Shown here piece after piece: positions 14,279 through 26,324 of a stretch of 64,000 bases of DNA; position 1 is the stretch's first letter, and every line of letters starts with the position of its first letter. Position numbers and translations under genes: made by a program. The stretch lies in contig CT868407.1 in the NCBI GenBank assembly GCA_000165425.1, positions 385,204 to 449,203 on the forward strand, read 5' to 3'. The notes under the pieces are model-generated. The model did not search any database, had not been told where the DNA came from, and saw only the letters and a program-made list of their open reading frames with translations. Origin of the DNA: Paramecium tetraurelia. Lineage: Eukaryota.

Positions 14279-14974
14279 AATAGTTTCTCCTTTTAAAATT
14301 TATATTTTTCAATTATATTTATCAATTTAAATTTTTAAATTACCCCAGCTAATACATATAAAATTATGATTTTCATAAATTTTATTTTTAATACTCTTTA
14401 ACAAGAAATATCTTTTGATTATTAACTCATACTCTTAATCTGAGATCGAAATTAGTTGTATATAGAACACAATAGATGGAATAATTCAAGTAAGGAATTT
14501 TGCATCAATTAATTACATAATTGTAAAACAGAATTCCTCATTCCTGTACATTAATTCTTATTACATATATCTCTTCTACTCTAGTTTATATGAATCTTGA
14601 TATTTTTTTCATCTTAATGGAATCATTTGCAAACTAATTCTTTGAGAAAGGTTGTGCGGCTTGTTCTATGAGAAAAGCTTTAGGGTCGTCAAATAACTAA
14701 ATTTGACAATAAAATTAAGCTTAAGCTACGAAAATAATTCTACATTATTGTTTTTATGCCAAGATATTGTGTTTTCACAAAGCATACATGTAATAATGAA
14801 GAAATTTATTAATCATTAATAGTAAACTTCTAATGATGATATCAACTATTAATAGTCTTAAATTAAACAATTAATATAATAAAAAATAAATTTATTATTA
14901 ATTTTTAAGAATCGCCTATTTCTTCTGAATTTAAAAAGCACATAACTCATATTTATATAATAAAAATATAGGAT

Positions 14975-16331
14975 TCAGCGTTTTTTCTTATTATCCTTTA
15001 AACTTTCCATTATTTATTATTATGCAAGTTTTTCTTCCTCCGAAATATCGTAGAAATCGAAATCGAATTCCTTGCTGTCATAATTCTGAGGAACCCTTGC
15101 TGGTATTACAGATTAAGGAGGTGGTGTTTTTTTGACAGGCTGAATTTTCTCTGTCTTTCCATTTATTGGCATTGTATTAAATATTTGTTATTCTAAATAC
15201 TCTTCTGGACTTATCCCAAATTCCTCTTCCAACTCTATTTATTTTTAGAATTCTCTTGCTATTGCTGTATCTGGTCTTCTTAAACCAGGATTATTATTAT
15301 TTTAACTCTAAAATTGTGGTTTATCATTTTAAGAATATTTGTAACTCTCCAAACTTTTCTAAGCTTGAGTTGATTACTTTTACTATTATTATGGTTGTGG
15401 TTAGGATTGTTGGGATTGTCTATTTATATACTATTACCTTTCATATTGATTATCAAATTGTGTTGTCTCTTCTTTTTTTGTGGAATTCTATTATCTTTGA
15501 TTATACGTAGCATTATATTATTGTTATTTAGGTTATGTTCCTTATGTCGCGATTTAAGCCTGAGGTCTGGAACCTGTTGAATTATTAGAAGACGGAGGTC
15601 TAATTGTATCCTTTTATCTATTTTTGTCTTCGTCTTTTAGTTGATAAGAAGTCTTGGACTCACCAGCTGCCTATCCATATTTGTATCCAGATCCTGCAAT
15701 TCTGGTTTGTTGCTATTATTATTATTATTATTGTTATTGTTGTTGAACTTATTATTTGGATGAGACTTGGTTCGAGGTATTTTATTGGGGTGTTTCCTTT
15801 TTGCTAATAAATTTCTATTGATCAATTCTATCATCTATTTTGGACCTGTCATAATTTGGTTTATCAAAAATTTCTTAAGTGGTTGGCTTTTTCTATACTT
15901 AAGTGGAGTCAGGCTTTGGTTTAGGAGTACAAGTCATTAGATGAGTTGGGTAGTCCCTCATTATTATATAACTATTGCAGATATCGCATTTTTATGTTCT
16001 ACTTCCACATTGATTCTCATGTTAAAATAACTAATCAGCTGGGAAGGAGAGATCGCAATGCATGCATTATTTTGGTTTCTTAAAGCATTTATGTTTTTTC
16101 AAATCTATTTAAATAATATAGAAAGTGACCTTCAGTTTCAAAGGAACAATATTAACATTTTTCTTTTTTATGGTATTCCTCCTCATGACTATCTGGATCA
16201 TTTTTATCGTAAAATACTCCACATTTCGGACATTTTATATTATTACGTAGACAATATGTTTCATGAAGCATATGTTTTGATTCAGCTATAGGTTGTTTGC
16301 AATTAGAACATGGGATTGTAATTTCGTTCAT
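14975..16331 (-). CDS. TRAF-type zinc-finger protein (TRAFD1/XAF1-like) with Q-rich C-terminal half
   Basis: MNEITIPCSNCKQPIAESKHMLHETYCLRNNIKCPKCG...HEEEYHKKEKCQYC matches the XAF1/TRAFD1 N-terminal fingers. Contains a poly-Q tract and ends QIMESLKDNKKKR-TGA. Confidence 0.82.
15707..15745 (-). repeat. Trinucleotide tract encoding 13 Gln (6 CAA, 6 TAA, 1 TAG)
   Basis: (TTA/TTG)n on the plus strand, in frame with the zinc-finger gene. Confidence 0.85.
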
Positions 16332-16344
16332 AATATTTTATAAT

Positions 16345-18691
16345 TCAATTATAACGAAATACAAACTTTTATTTCAAAATGTTCAACATCTACTCGGTAT
16401 CTGGATGATACACATTATAATCTATAAACACAACTTGGTATCCGAGTCTAGAGAAATGCTCCACTGCCCTTTCCGTCTCCACAGTGTACACTTTATGCAA
16501 CCCTCTAATTAAACGAGGGTACTCTTCCAATAAGACGACAACCTTCTATTTCGGACAGGCAAAATCGACCAGATGAGGAAAGTCACTATAATTCATAATC
16601 CATTTATTCTTATCAAGCTTAATTGCCTACCACACTAGTTCTTTGAAATGAGTATGCTAAATTAAATTATCACTCCTTTGTGATAGTTTCCAATACAGAT
16701 TGACTTCTTAATCTGAATATGTCTCTTCTATTGTGTACTCTTCATATGGGTTTTTTAAAATTGGAGATAATTTGTTGTGAGGTTTTGGACGAGCAAAATT
16801 GAATAACTGCAACAATCCTTGATAGGCTTTGTTAGTATATAATAACTTTCTAGATTTGTGCGATTCAGTTAAGTCTATTTTTCCTTCAACTTTATCAATG
16901 AATTCTTAACAATCTTAACAAGTATTGTAGATCTCATCTATTTTTGCCTTATTGGTAGTTATTATTGATTTTAATTCTTCATTAAATAAATTAGGCCATG
17001 TTTGCTTCACTTAAAACAAATGCTCTAATAGATTTGGTAAATTAATAAGATTATTCATTAATTTAAACATCTAAGGAGTTTTAAATATTTTTGTCTATGG
17101 TTAGAATTCAGGAATTAAAATTGATGCATAATATAATACTTCAATGTAACTTAGAACTGGCTCTATAATTGAAACTCTTTTATTTGTTTTTTAAATTGAG
17201 ATTCTTTGAAATCCACTCTACTATAAACTTTTTTGTAAGGATTTGAATTTTAGAGTTAAATTGTTTAAAAATTGCCTTTGATTGATTTGATTTTATGTTT
17301 CTTAAGTTTTGTAATTATTTAGATAATATGGTAGGATTTCAGCATATTCGCTATCATTAAAATCAAGTTCTGTATCTTACTCCATACTTGGATTGAAAGT
17401 ATCCTCAAAAATCATCAGTTCTTCATCTTTAATATTGCTGAGGTATTAAGAGAAGCTGCTTTTCATATAATTTTCAACATCATCAAGTGGAGATTTATCT
17501 TCCATTATGGTGCGAAACCCTTTAAGAACATTGTTATTCAACAAGAACATAAACTGCCTTATGTCATACTTCGATATTTTGTAATTTTAATTCTATTTCT
17601 GGCATTATTTTAATAATAAGGAGTACAGTTATGGACTAAAATACCTAAAATACACTATTGATATAAATGAGGAATATTTACATGGCAATGAATAAATCAT
17701 ATGGTCAGCTTTTAATTCTCCTAAGTTAATTGTATTGGTAATCAAATGAGTAAGGGATATTTGTAATAATTTAAAATCCTCAGGTTGATAAAGTTACAAT
17801 AATTTCTGAACAATATCCTTAGTATTCAAATTTCTTTGGACTATAAAATTATAATTCTTATTGAACATTCTCTCAAGTCTAATGTAGAATAAGTTATTTA
17901 CATTCTTGCATAGGCAATCTTAATTTCTGAAAATTATTCATCACTCAAAAAACTAAAATGATAATTTATCATGAGTTGAGAAAACTCATATTTCATAATT
18001 TCGGATGCTACCAATTCAAAATTACTTAGTTTTTGGATATATTTATTACACAGGTAATCTATGAATCCTGGTTACAATCCAAAATCATATGGAGATTTAG
18101 CACAATGTGTAAATAATGTCATTATGTTTTTGAATTAAAGCAATGATAAGGATTCTATGAATTCATCATCTATCTTTAGATTTTTGATGAATTTCTAAAG
18201 AATGTCTCCATGCAAAAACCCAGATTACAAACATAATCTCATATATTCTATCTATTAATAAATACTAAGCTAATCAAAGATCTTCAGACCATTTAAAAGG
18301 AGGTTTTATGCTATTACTGAATAATAGGCTGGTAACATCTGAGCTTCCTTGTTCAAAAATGTGATCAGCATATTCTCATTAAAATTCATTTGATCTGCTG
18401 CAAATCGTTCTAAGATTTCCATTTACACTTATTTTTAAATTTCGTACTGCAAATCCTTTTTAATGTATGCTGAAAACAACTATTCCTAATTAAAAGTCTT
18501 GTAATTTTAACGAACATAGTAATTGAGATTTTCAGACTATGATATAAAAAAATGAATACAGCTTCATTTTTCAAACTCCTTTCAATGTTTATTTGTATCC
18601 CAGTTGAATTTTGAAAGAACTTCATCCATTATTTACCTCCTGAGACTGGCTCTGCTATTGTAGAAAAGAGCTATCTAATTTTTAAGATCAT
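16345..18691 (-). CDS. RAP-domain (FASTK-like) helical-repeat protein, probably mitochondrial
   Basis: N-terminus MILKIRQLFSTIAE resembles a presequence. The middle is alpha-helical with short introns. The C-terminus DFPHLVDFACPKQKVVVLLE...TERAVEHFSRLGYQVVFIDYNVY fits the RAP pattern. TGA at 16345-16347. Confidence 0.7.
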
Positions 18692-19258
18692 GAGTTAATT
18701 ATCACAAATATATTTTTTTAATAATTCTTTGGCTTCATTACTCATATAAGCAAGTCCCTTCAATCTCCTTATATGCACTCCATTATTGGCTATATTTTGA
18801 ATAACCTTTGGCTTTCTTGTCAGTACTTTAGTTAACAATCTCATGTGACTTGATAGTGTTGTATCTAACAATATATGTAAAATTCTATTAGCAAAATGAC
18901 TTCTGGATACAATAAGTGGAAAGTCTCTAAATATTACATCATTGATCTTAGAAGCCTTTATTCTAATCATCCTTCTCAAATAGATACAAATACAAATCAG
19001 TAACTTTTCTTCAACAATCTTATTGAATATGGCATTTTGACTAAAATAATGTAGTTTTGAGCAAATTTAAATATAGCATGAATAATCATAAGTTTATCAG
19101 TCTGCATACAGTTATTAAGTAGATCCTTAATTTCCTTTATTTTATTCTTCTTATTCAGATTTTAACAACTCAAACTGAGTATCATATTAAGATTAAATTT
19201 ACAAATACTTACATTTTCTGTATGAAGTTAGGCCATCCTTTTCAAATTGGTACATCAT
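18692..19258 (-). CDS. About 180-aa unit resembling the C-terminal part of the PP4R3/SMK-1 core; no TGA of its own
   Basis: ATG 19258, 28-nt intron 19175-19202, then LLICICIYLRRMIRIKASKINDVIF...HIRRLKGL, reminiscent of PP4R3 LCALRFMRRIIGLKD...TFKGL (recalled similarity). Runs in frame into the RAP gene. Confidence 0.45.
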
Positions 19259-19609
19259 CTTATAATGATAAAGTAATTAAAGATTCTAATAATAATTTTA
19301 TCTCAATTTACTAATATTAATTTTTCTTTTTAATTTAATTATTTAATTCAAAATATTTCGATATAAAATCAACTCTTTAAGATGTATAAAATAAAACGAA
19401 ATAAAATATTAAATTTTACATAGATATTTTACTATCTCTTGAATTAATTTCTAATATCTATCTTTTATTGATTTTGTTCCGCTTATAGTCAGATACAGAT
19501 TATTGAATCATTAAATTAATTTTTATAATAAATAAAGTATGCAACTGTTCTTTAAAAGAGAATATTAATATTGTTTATTATGAAATAATTAATACAATTA
19601 TATCATAAT

Positions 19610-22538
19610 TCATTATTAATTTAGCAATTTACCAACTAATTTTTTAACGTAATTCTCAAACAATTCTTCACTGCATTAACTCACTGTCTTATCTATTAAA
19701 ACTCATATATTAATATTACATATATATTCTTATTGGTCTTCTTAATTTTCTTCTACTGATTCGCAATCCACTTGTCTAATATCTTGTATTTCTTTAGAAA
19801 TAGATTCCAAACTCTCATCAACCTCTAATAATACTTTATCCTTTATTGGCTTATGCATTTAATTAAGACATTCAATAAGTTCGTTCAATTAAATCATTAT
19901 CAATCGCATTTGAAATTTGGCACTTTTAATCTATTGATTTTACTATTTTATCTTTGATATCAAATACATATAGTAGATTCTCGTCATCATAATTCTAATC
20001 ATCCTGCTTTCTTTCAGTAAAATTGTACGAGCAATTTAACACGATAGAATTTTCAGGTTGAAAAGAACTTTAGAATTTAGATATATTACGAATACTCTAT
20101 GAAATATTTTTCATAACCTAACTACTCTCAAATCTTTTGATATCCATTTCTATAGTGGGCATTTTATCATATTATACTATTTAATTTTGATTCTTTTACC
20201 CTAAAAAGCTTTGAATAGGCAATGCAATACTATTAGTAATAGCATAGTTTTATTCAACTTTTGATTGATCCTTAACTTAATCTTACTTAGGTGCTTTGTT
20301 CAATAACTACCTTTACATTATTTTTGAATTCTGTTTCTTATGAAATTCTTGCATACTTTTTTGTTCTTCATAAAATGGGTTATGCAACAGACCTTGTTCC
20401 TCTTATTTTAGTTAAATTTACTTGTTAATTTATTAGGTAGCTTATTCTAATTATTTTTTTATTTCCCCTGCATGCTATGCACCTAATGTTAAAGCCAATA
20501 AATCTAATCTTGGAGTTTCAGATACAACTTTATTTTATTCTATCTAGCCTTCATCACTTTCTGAATCAAATTTTATGATCGCATCTTCTTCAATTTATTA
20601 TTCTTATTCTGAACTCTATTTATTATTGTTCCAAAAATGATTCTTTACCCAACTCTATTGTAAAGATTGGGTTTCTTATGCTTTTACTGATTTTATAGAA
20701 TTGAGTTTCCACAGTATTATTGTATTCGCCTCTCTTGTCATAAAAATTAAATGTGTATTATTATTGGCAAATTCAATCGTGACTATATTATCAATATCTA
20801 ATTCTTCTATTTTTTTATAGTCATTCTCATTCAAGTATTTATAAAGTGTAACCTTTTTATAGGATGTAGTCGCCAGAATTCTGTAATTATCTTGGTGAGA
20901 AACTCTCAATTTTAAACAATCTTAGATATTTAAAATTAATTTCTGATGATTTCGCAAGATATCAATAACAGAGACTACTCCATCCTATAAAATGAACAGG
21001 AGGTTTTAATCTTAATCAATTGAATTTATTCTACTCACCATTGATTTATGGTAGATATTGTAATTTGATTAGGAATATTCTAAAAATACAAGATACTTAT
21101 CTTTCGAATATGTAATGATCTTATTTTAATAAGTAAATATGTTTAGTATTGAATCAGTATGATGAGAAAGAAGGCAATAATTTTTAAAGTTTGATTTCTC
21201 ATATATTGCAATGGTTTTATCTTCTGATCCTGTCATAAAACTATTATTGAAAGCCCAGTATTAAATTGCTGTTATTTTCAAAGTATGAGCCTAAACAGAG
21301 GCCAACTACTTAAAACTGACAAATGAAAAAACTTTCAACAATCCATAGGTGTCTCCAATAGCCAAATATTACCCATCACTAGATAAAGATAGACACCTTA
21401 ACTCATTATATTAAAAATCAGATTTGAATTGTTCTACATAAGTAACATTGCTATGCAAATTCAGTTTCCTGATTCTGTTATTAGAATTGGTGTGCCAGAT
21501 GGTCAGATATTATTCACTAATTGAAGCAAAGAATGATACTTCCTAAGTTGATTAAGGTTTAAGAACAATCAAATCATTAATAACATTACTATGACTATAA
21601 AGTACTCTTATTTATTCAATCTTATTGATATTAGTGATGTTCCAAAATGCAATATTCCTATTGCGATATGCAGAGATCAAATAAATATCATTAGCTTCAA
21701 TTCCTATGCAATCATATTCCTGAGTAGTTTAATTGTTTTAAGTGAGAAAGGAAACATGTTACAATTCAGAATCACAAATTTAAATTTTAGAATTTGAACT
21801 TCCAAAAAAAAAGTACTTTCCATTAAAGGTATATGTGAAGAGATGTATTAAATCTAGCTGCATAAAAGACAACAACTATTTTGTGGCCAATGAAAAAATA
21901 CACAATAGGGCATCAGATGTGAATGCATACACATTGTCATCAATAAAACAATCTATGTAATTTTTTGATACAAATTAGTCAAATAATTAAAAACTTTTAG
22001 ATTAAAGAGTTAATCCTTCGAATATAGGAGTTCCATCTTAACGAAATTGCCAATATTGTAAATGAGACTAACCTGCACTAATCAAAATAGTTCCTGTTTT
22101 TGAAAACCTAATTGAATTCACTTTATTCTAAAGCTTGTTGATAGCCAAACTTTTATTTGTTTATAAATCCCACAAAAATAGTGTTTTATCTTACTCTGTT
22201 CCAAGAGACAATAAAAATGGTTTAATTGGAGATTCCAATAATTGCTTAATTCCAAATTTATGACCTATTAATCGATGAACAGGTTCAATAATTTTCTCTG
22301 TAGTTACTTTATAAATATTGATTGCTGGACTTTTAAAACTCTGTTCTCCTGTAAAAATCAGATTACCATCTCTGGATATAAGTATGGAATTTACTTAAGC
22401 TTATCCAATTAAAAAGTTTTATTATTCATTATTTTCTATTGAATAATACACTACCTTTTAACCAGCTGAATAAGCAAAGTCACTTGATAAAGCTATTTAA
22501 TTGCTGTGTGAAACAGAATTTCCAAATATTTATTCCAT
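19610..22538 (-). CDS. WD40-repeat protein, WDR62/MAPKBP1-like
   Basis: LIGHKFGIKQLLESP..LLSLGTEQDKTLFLWD...NKVNSIRFSKTGTILISAGQSHLQYW; later FSSDGQYLAIGDTYG and MTGSEDKTIAIYE. The C-terminal ELFENYVKKLVGKLL resembles the family's terminal helix. TGA at 19610-19612. Confidence 0.8.
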
Positions 22539-22721
22539 TCAATAGAAAAATTTAAATTAAATTTATATTATATGTATTTATAACCTTTAGTGATTCATAA
22601 TACATAACTTCAAGAATAACTTATAATATTATACCTTTTAGAATTGAATGAAGCTAAGATTATATAACATTATTTTATAACATGATTTGGTACTTATTGT
22701 AGTAATATTCTATAGTAATAT

Positions 22722-22955
22722 ATGGAGATTGATGAAAATTAAAATAATTTAGAATAGAATTCTTTTAAAATACCACTAGCCTATAAAAATTAAACTTAAG
22801 AACATTTCACATTGAATAAAGAAATAATTAAGGATTTTAATAGTTTCAATTATTAAAATGGCAGACAAAATAAAAATGAAATAATAACAGTGATATTTAT
22901 ATTTTACTACCAATAACTGATATTCTAGTTTTTTATTCACTTATTGATAGTATGA
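22722..22955 (+). CDS. Possible small hypothetical protein
   Basis: ATG-to-TGA frame of 77 aa (MEIDENQNNLEQNSFKIPL...); very AT-rich, nothing recognised. Confidence 0.25.
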
Positions 22956-23053
22956 AATATAAAGTATACTACTATTAATATCGGATTAATTAAAAAATAC
23001 CTTAAATTAATACATTTGGAATAGTTAATAATAAAACGAAACGAATTTAATTT

Positions 23054-24472
23054 TCAACAAAATAATAATTAGGGTTAGGATTTCCAAGGTATAGTATTCA
23101 TTACTTTTGGTAATAATAAATCTGTCCGATACCGAACGTACTTTTACTACAAATTCTTTAAGGAATAAAATGGATTAATGAATGTCTTAACTTCAATAGA
23201 TGCAGGTAAATTTGATGATTCAAAGTTGGGTATCTCAGAAAATGAGTGTATAAAGTGCTGATTATGTAAAAGTTATGGTTATTGATACTCTTCACTAATT
23301 ACAGACAGAGAAGCGACTCTAAATTGAGGAGGTTCAAATTTCTCCATTTCTCTCTTGATTTTCTCAAATTCATCCCCAATATCTTATTATTAATATTAGA
23401 GGATTTCTTATAACATGTAATTAGGAGTGAAAAAGATTTAATTAGTCTTTAAATTAACCATACAAGGAGTCAATTCAAAGGAAGTCTCTCTAGTAATTGA
23501 TTCAATATTCCCTACAGCCAGTAATAAACTTTAATGATGATTATTATGGAAATGCTATTTTTCATTTTAATTGTTCAATTCATCAATTGGATATTTGCTA
23601 ATTCTCCATAATATTTTATCTATTAACTTATTTAAATCATCATCTACTTCATCTCTCTTTAATAAACCATTAAATCTATTCTTCACTTAATTTTCATTTC
23701 TTTTTAATTATTTCGCTATTTCAGTCCATTTCTTTCCTTTTTATTAAATTTAATAAATCAACTCTAAATCTTCTCTATCTGTCCAAGGATCTTTAATTTT
23801 AACTAACGATGGGTCTAAGTAATTAATCCATCTTTCCCTTAGTTGCTTACTTGTTCTGTATATCTGATTGACTTTGCTCATCTCCTAAGCAATTTGTTTC
23901 CATCTATTTTCGTCGTTTTTGTATTTTTCAAATAATAATTATAATTACTGATCTTCTTCTTAAGTGAATGGCTATGTAATTAAGGATGATTTGTGCATAG
24001 ATGTCCATTTTTATTTGATGTTTTCAGCATTTCTTCTAAATAAATATTATGCAATTTCATTAAAATCATCACCATTTAAGAATCTGCAATTTTTTTATTT
24101 CAAAGAACAATACTTTCCAATCACCCAAATCAATACTTTTTTTTCATCAAAACCCCAACTTTTCTTAGGATTGGAAGAAAAACGCCGATTGTGTAGTTTC
24201 TTTTGAATTTTTAAAATTTCAACATCACTGGGACAATCATTTAAACCAACATTAAAATATTCTTTAAGATATACAAAGTCTATTGAAATGTTCTGGCAAC
24301 TTTCATAAAACAGTTGAAACAACTAATATTATTTTTAAAACTCAAACTTCTCCTAGCTTGTCACTAATATAATCTATCTAATTTTACTTTGACGATCATT
24401 TGTACTTCTACCTCTTTTCTTTTAAGGATATGAGTCGGAGTCAGACTAATTTAATTCCTGCAGCATATTCAT
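23054..24472 (-). CDS. Myb-family transcription factor with three Myb/SANT repeats (472 aa, intronless)
   Basis: SWGFDEKKVLIW..., PFTQEEDQQL...RWKQIAQEM...RTSKQLRERWINYLDP, PWTDREDLELI...GKKWTEIAKQLKRNENQVKNRF. TGA at 23054-23056. Confidence 0.92.
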
Positions 24473-24730
24473 ATATATTTTTAAAATAATGATATTTTGT
24501 TCTTATCTTTTATAAATAATTGCTTCCGAAGTTAATTATATTCATTTTACAAGAAATTATATATCTAAATTATATGGATTTCTTTCTGTAAGAAAACTCA
24601 CCTTAAATAAAAGAGAAAATAGTTAATTCCCTTAATTATACCATAAAGTGAATTTGGGATGCATTTATAAAATCACTACAAGGAAATATTCAAAAAACAG
24701 TCCAAATTTATATAAATATATTTCATTTGA

Positions 24731-25000
24731 TCAGAAAATTGAACAACCGGTGCAGCTAGACTCTTTGAACTTTCTTATAGGAGTTTAAGGTTGCTCAAGG
24801 TTACTAACATCCTCGTTGTATTTTTTCCAATTTTCAACTATTATCACTTAATCATTTTTTTTAAAGGAGACTTCCATAACACTTTTTGATTCTCTCTTCA
24901 ATCGCTTGTTACTTATCTTCACAGCTTAAGGCGTTGGACCAAATGAGTGTTTGTTTTTCTTAGGAAATATACATTTCTCTGACTATATCTATAAATTCAT
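24731..25000 (-). CDS. Small (89 aa) protein ending in a CaaX-type motif
   Basis: Intronless MNLQIQSEKCIFPKK...EVSFKKNDQVIIVENWKKYNED...SSCTGCSIF-TGA. Confidence 0.75.
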
Positions 25001-25295
25001 AAAATTAATGATAATTATTAATAACAAAAAGTCTAAAATTATGGATATTTCTCATATAATTTTAATTAGAATATAGCACTCAATTACTTATTAAAAGAAC
25101 CCCAAGAAATAGACCAAATGATATGCATTTAATAATATTATATTTCAGTTAAAAGAAATTTTATTATGAAAGAACATATTTATAATATTGAGTATTCTTG
25201 GTATTTTTAATTGAGACCCGAAAGAGTACATTGAACACTCTGATTTTGCTCAAATTTGTAAATGAATAATATTAATTTTAGCTAAACAATAATAA

Positions 25296-26141
25296 TCACT
25301 TTTTAATTAACTTTTTTAGTTTCTCCATTCTAATTTCTTGAAATTCTTTTCTTTTTCTTGCTATTTCTGATATCTTCTCTTTCGCTTCTTATTCCTCACT
25401 TAAAACATTTGGGAGTTTTCTATAGGAAATGATAAATATGATTACTCCTTTTCTGCCTATGATAGTTTTTTATCGTAAGATTGTTCAATTGGTCCTTTTT
25501 CGAACAGAATTTAATTAGAATCTTTAATGTTGCCTTCTATTTCTTTCATCATTTGCTGTTCCCATTAAATTCTTTCAAGTTCTTATTAATTTTACTGAAA
25601 TCCAAGTTAGGGGTTTGCAATTTCAGGTCTTTGATTTATAAGACTTCTCTATGCTTAATGAATTTCCTCCTTCTTTTTCTTAATGAAGTCCTGTCTTTCC
25701 ATTTCATACTGTCTAAAGAATAATTACAATTCAATACTCTTAATCTTTTTCACTCATGTCATTTATCTATTTTAAATTAAAGTCAATCAATGAATTTTTA
25801 GTGACAATGCCTGTTTGTTTTTATCTCTCATAAATTTCAGCCTTCTTAGTTAAAATTGCATTAAGTTTTTCTAAACGATTTTAATCAGTTTCAGCTGCAG
25901 TGTCTTTCATATCTCTCTTAATTCGTTCTTCAATTCCTTTGTTGATTCTTTTCTCCTATTTTTTAACTACCTTTGCCTTGGAGAGTGCCCCTTATTCATT
26001 TTATTTATCCTTCATCAAAGCAATCTTCATTGCAACTATCTATGCTTGGATAAATTATGTAATTACAGATGAGTTATCCACATTGATGGGAACTGCGGGT
26101 TCTGGGATTAAGGAACTTTCTGTGAGCCAACCATAACTCAT
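25296..26141 (-). CDS. CCDC174-like coiled-coil protein
   Basis: MSYGWLTESSLIP...SSIVAMKIAL...NKGIEERIKRD...LTKKAEIYE...LIDFNLK follows the CCDC174-family motif order. Introns at 26040-26066 and near 25420-25446. Confidence 0.78.
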
Positions 26142-26324
26142 TTTGTTATAATAAATTAAAATATTTCAATAGGGAATTGTTTAGAATAAAAGACTTTTCA
26201 CTATTTGATTTCGAATAAAGGACTGATTAAGATGATGAGTTTAAGATACATGCTTAATTATTAATTTTACAACAAAAAATAAATGATATTTAGATTATAA
26301 TTCATTTTAATTATAACAAAGCAG

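Noticed and set aside
15637..15834. ORF-track poly-Asn protein, and the plus-strand poly-Ile ORF at 15604..15807
   Set aside because: These are off-frame and antisense readings of a poly-Gln tract encoded by CAA/TAA/TAG in the zinc-finger gene.
15256..16512. Hydrophobic plus-strand ORFs resembling membrane proteins (similar ones at 8323, 25481, 39080 and 40581)
   Set aside because: They are antisense shadows of K/Q/E-rich minus-strand genes.
23069..23079. TTAGGGTTAGG telomere-like motif
   Set aside because: Under two units long, not the Paramecium TT(T/G)GGG repeat, and it encodes the Myb C-terminus.
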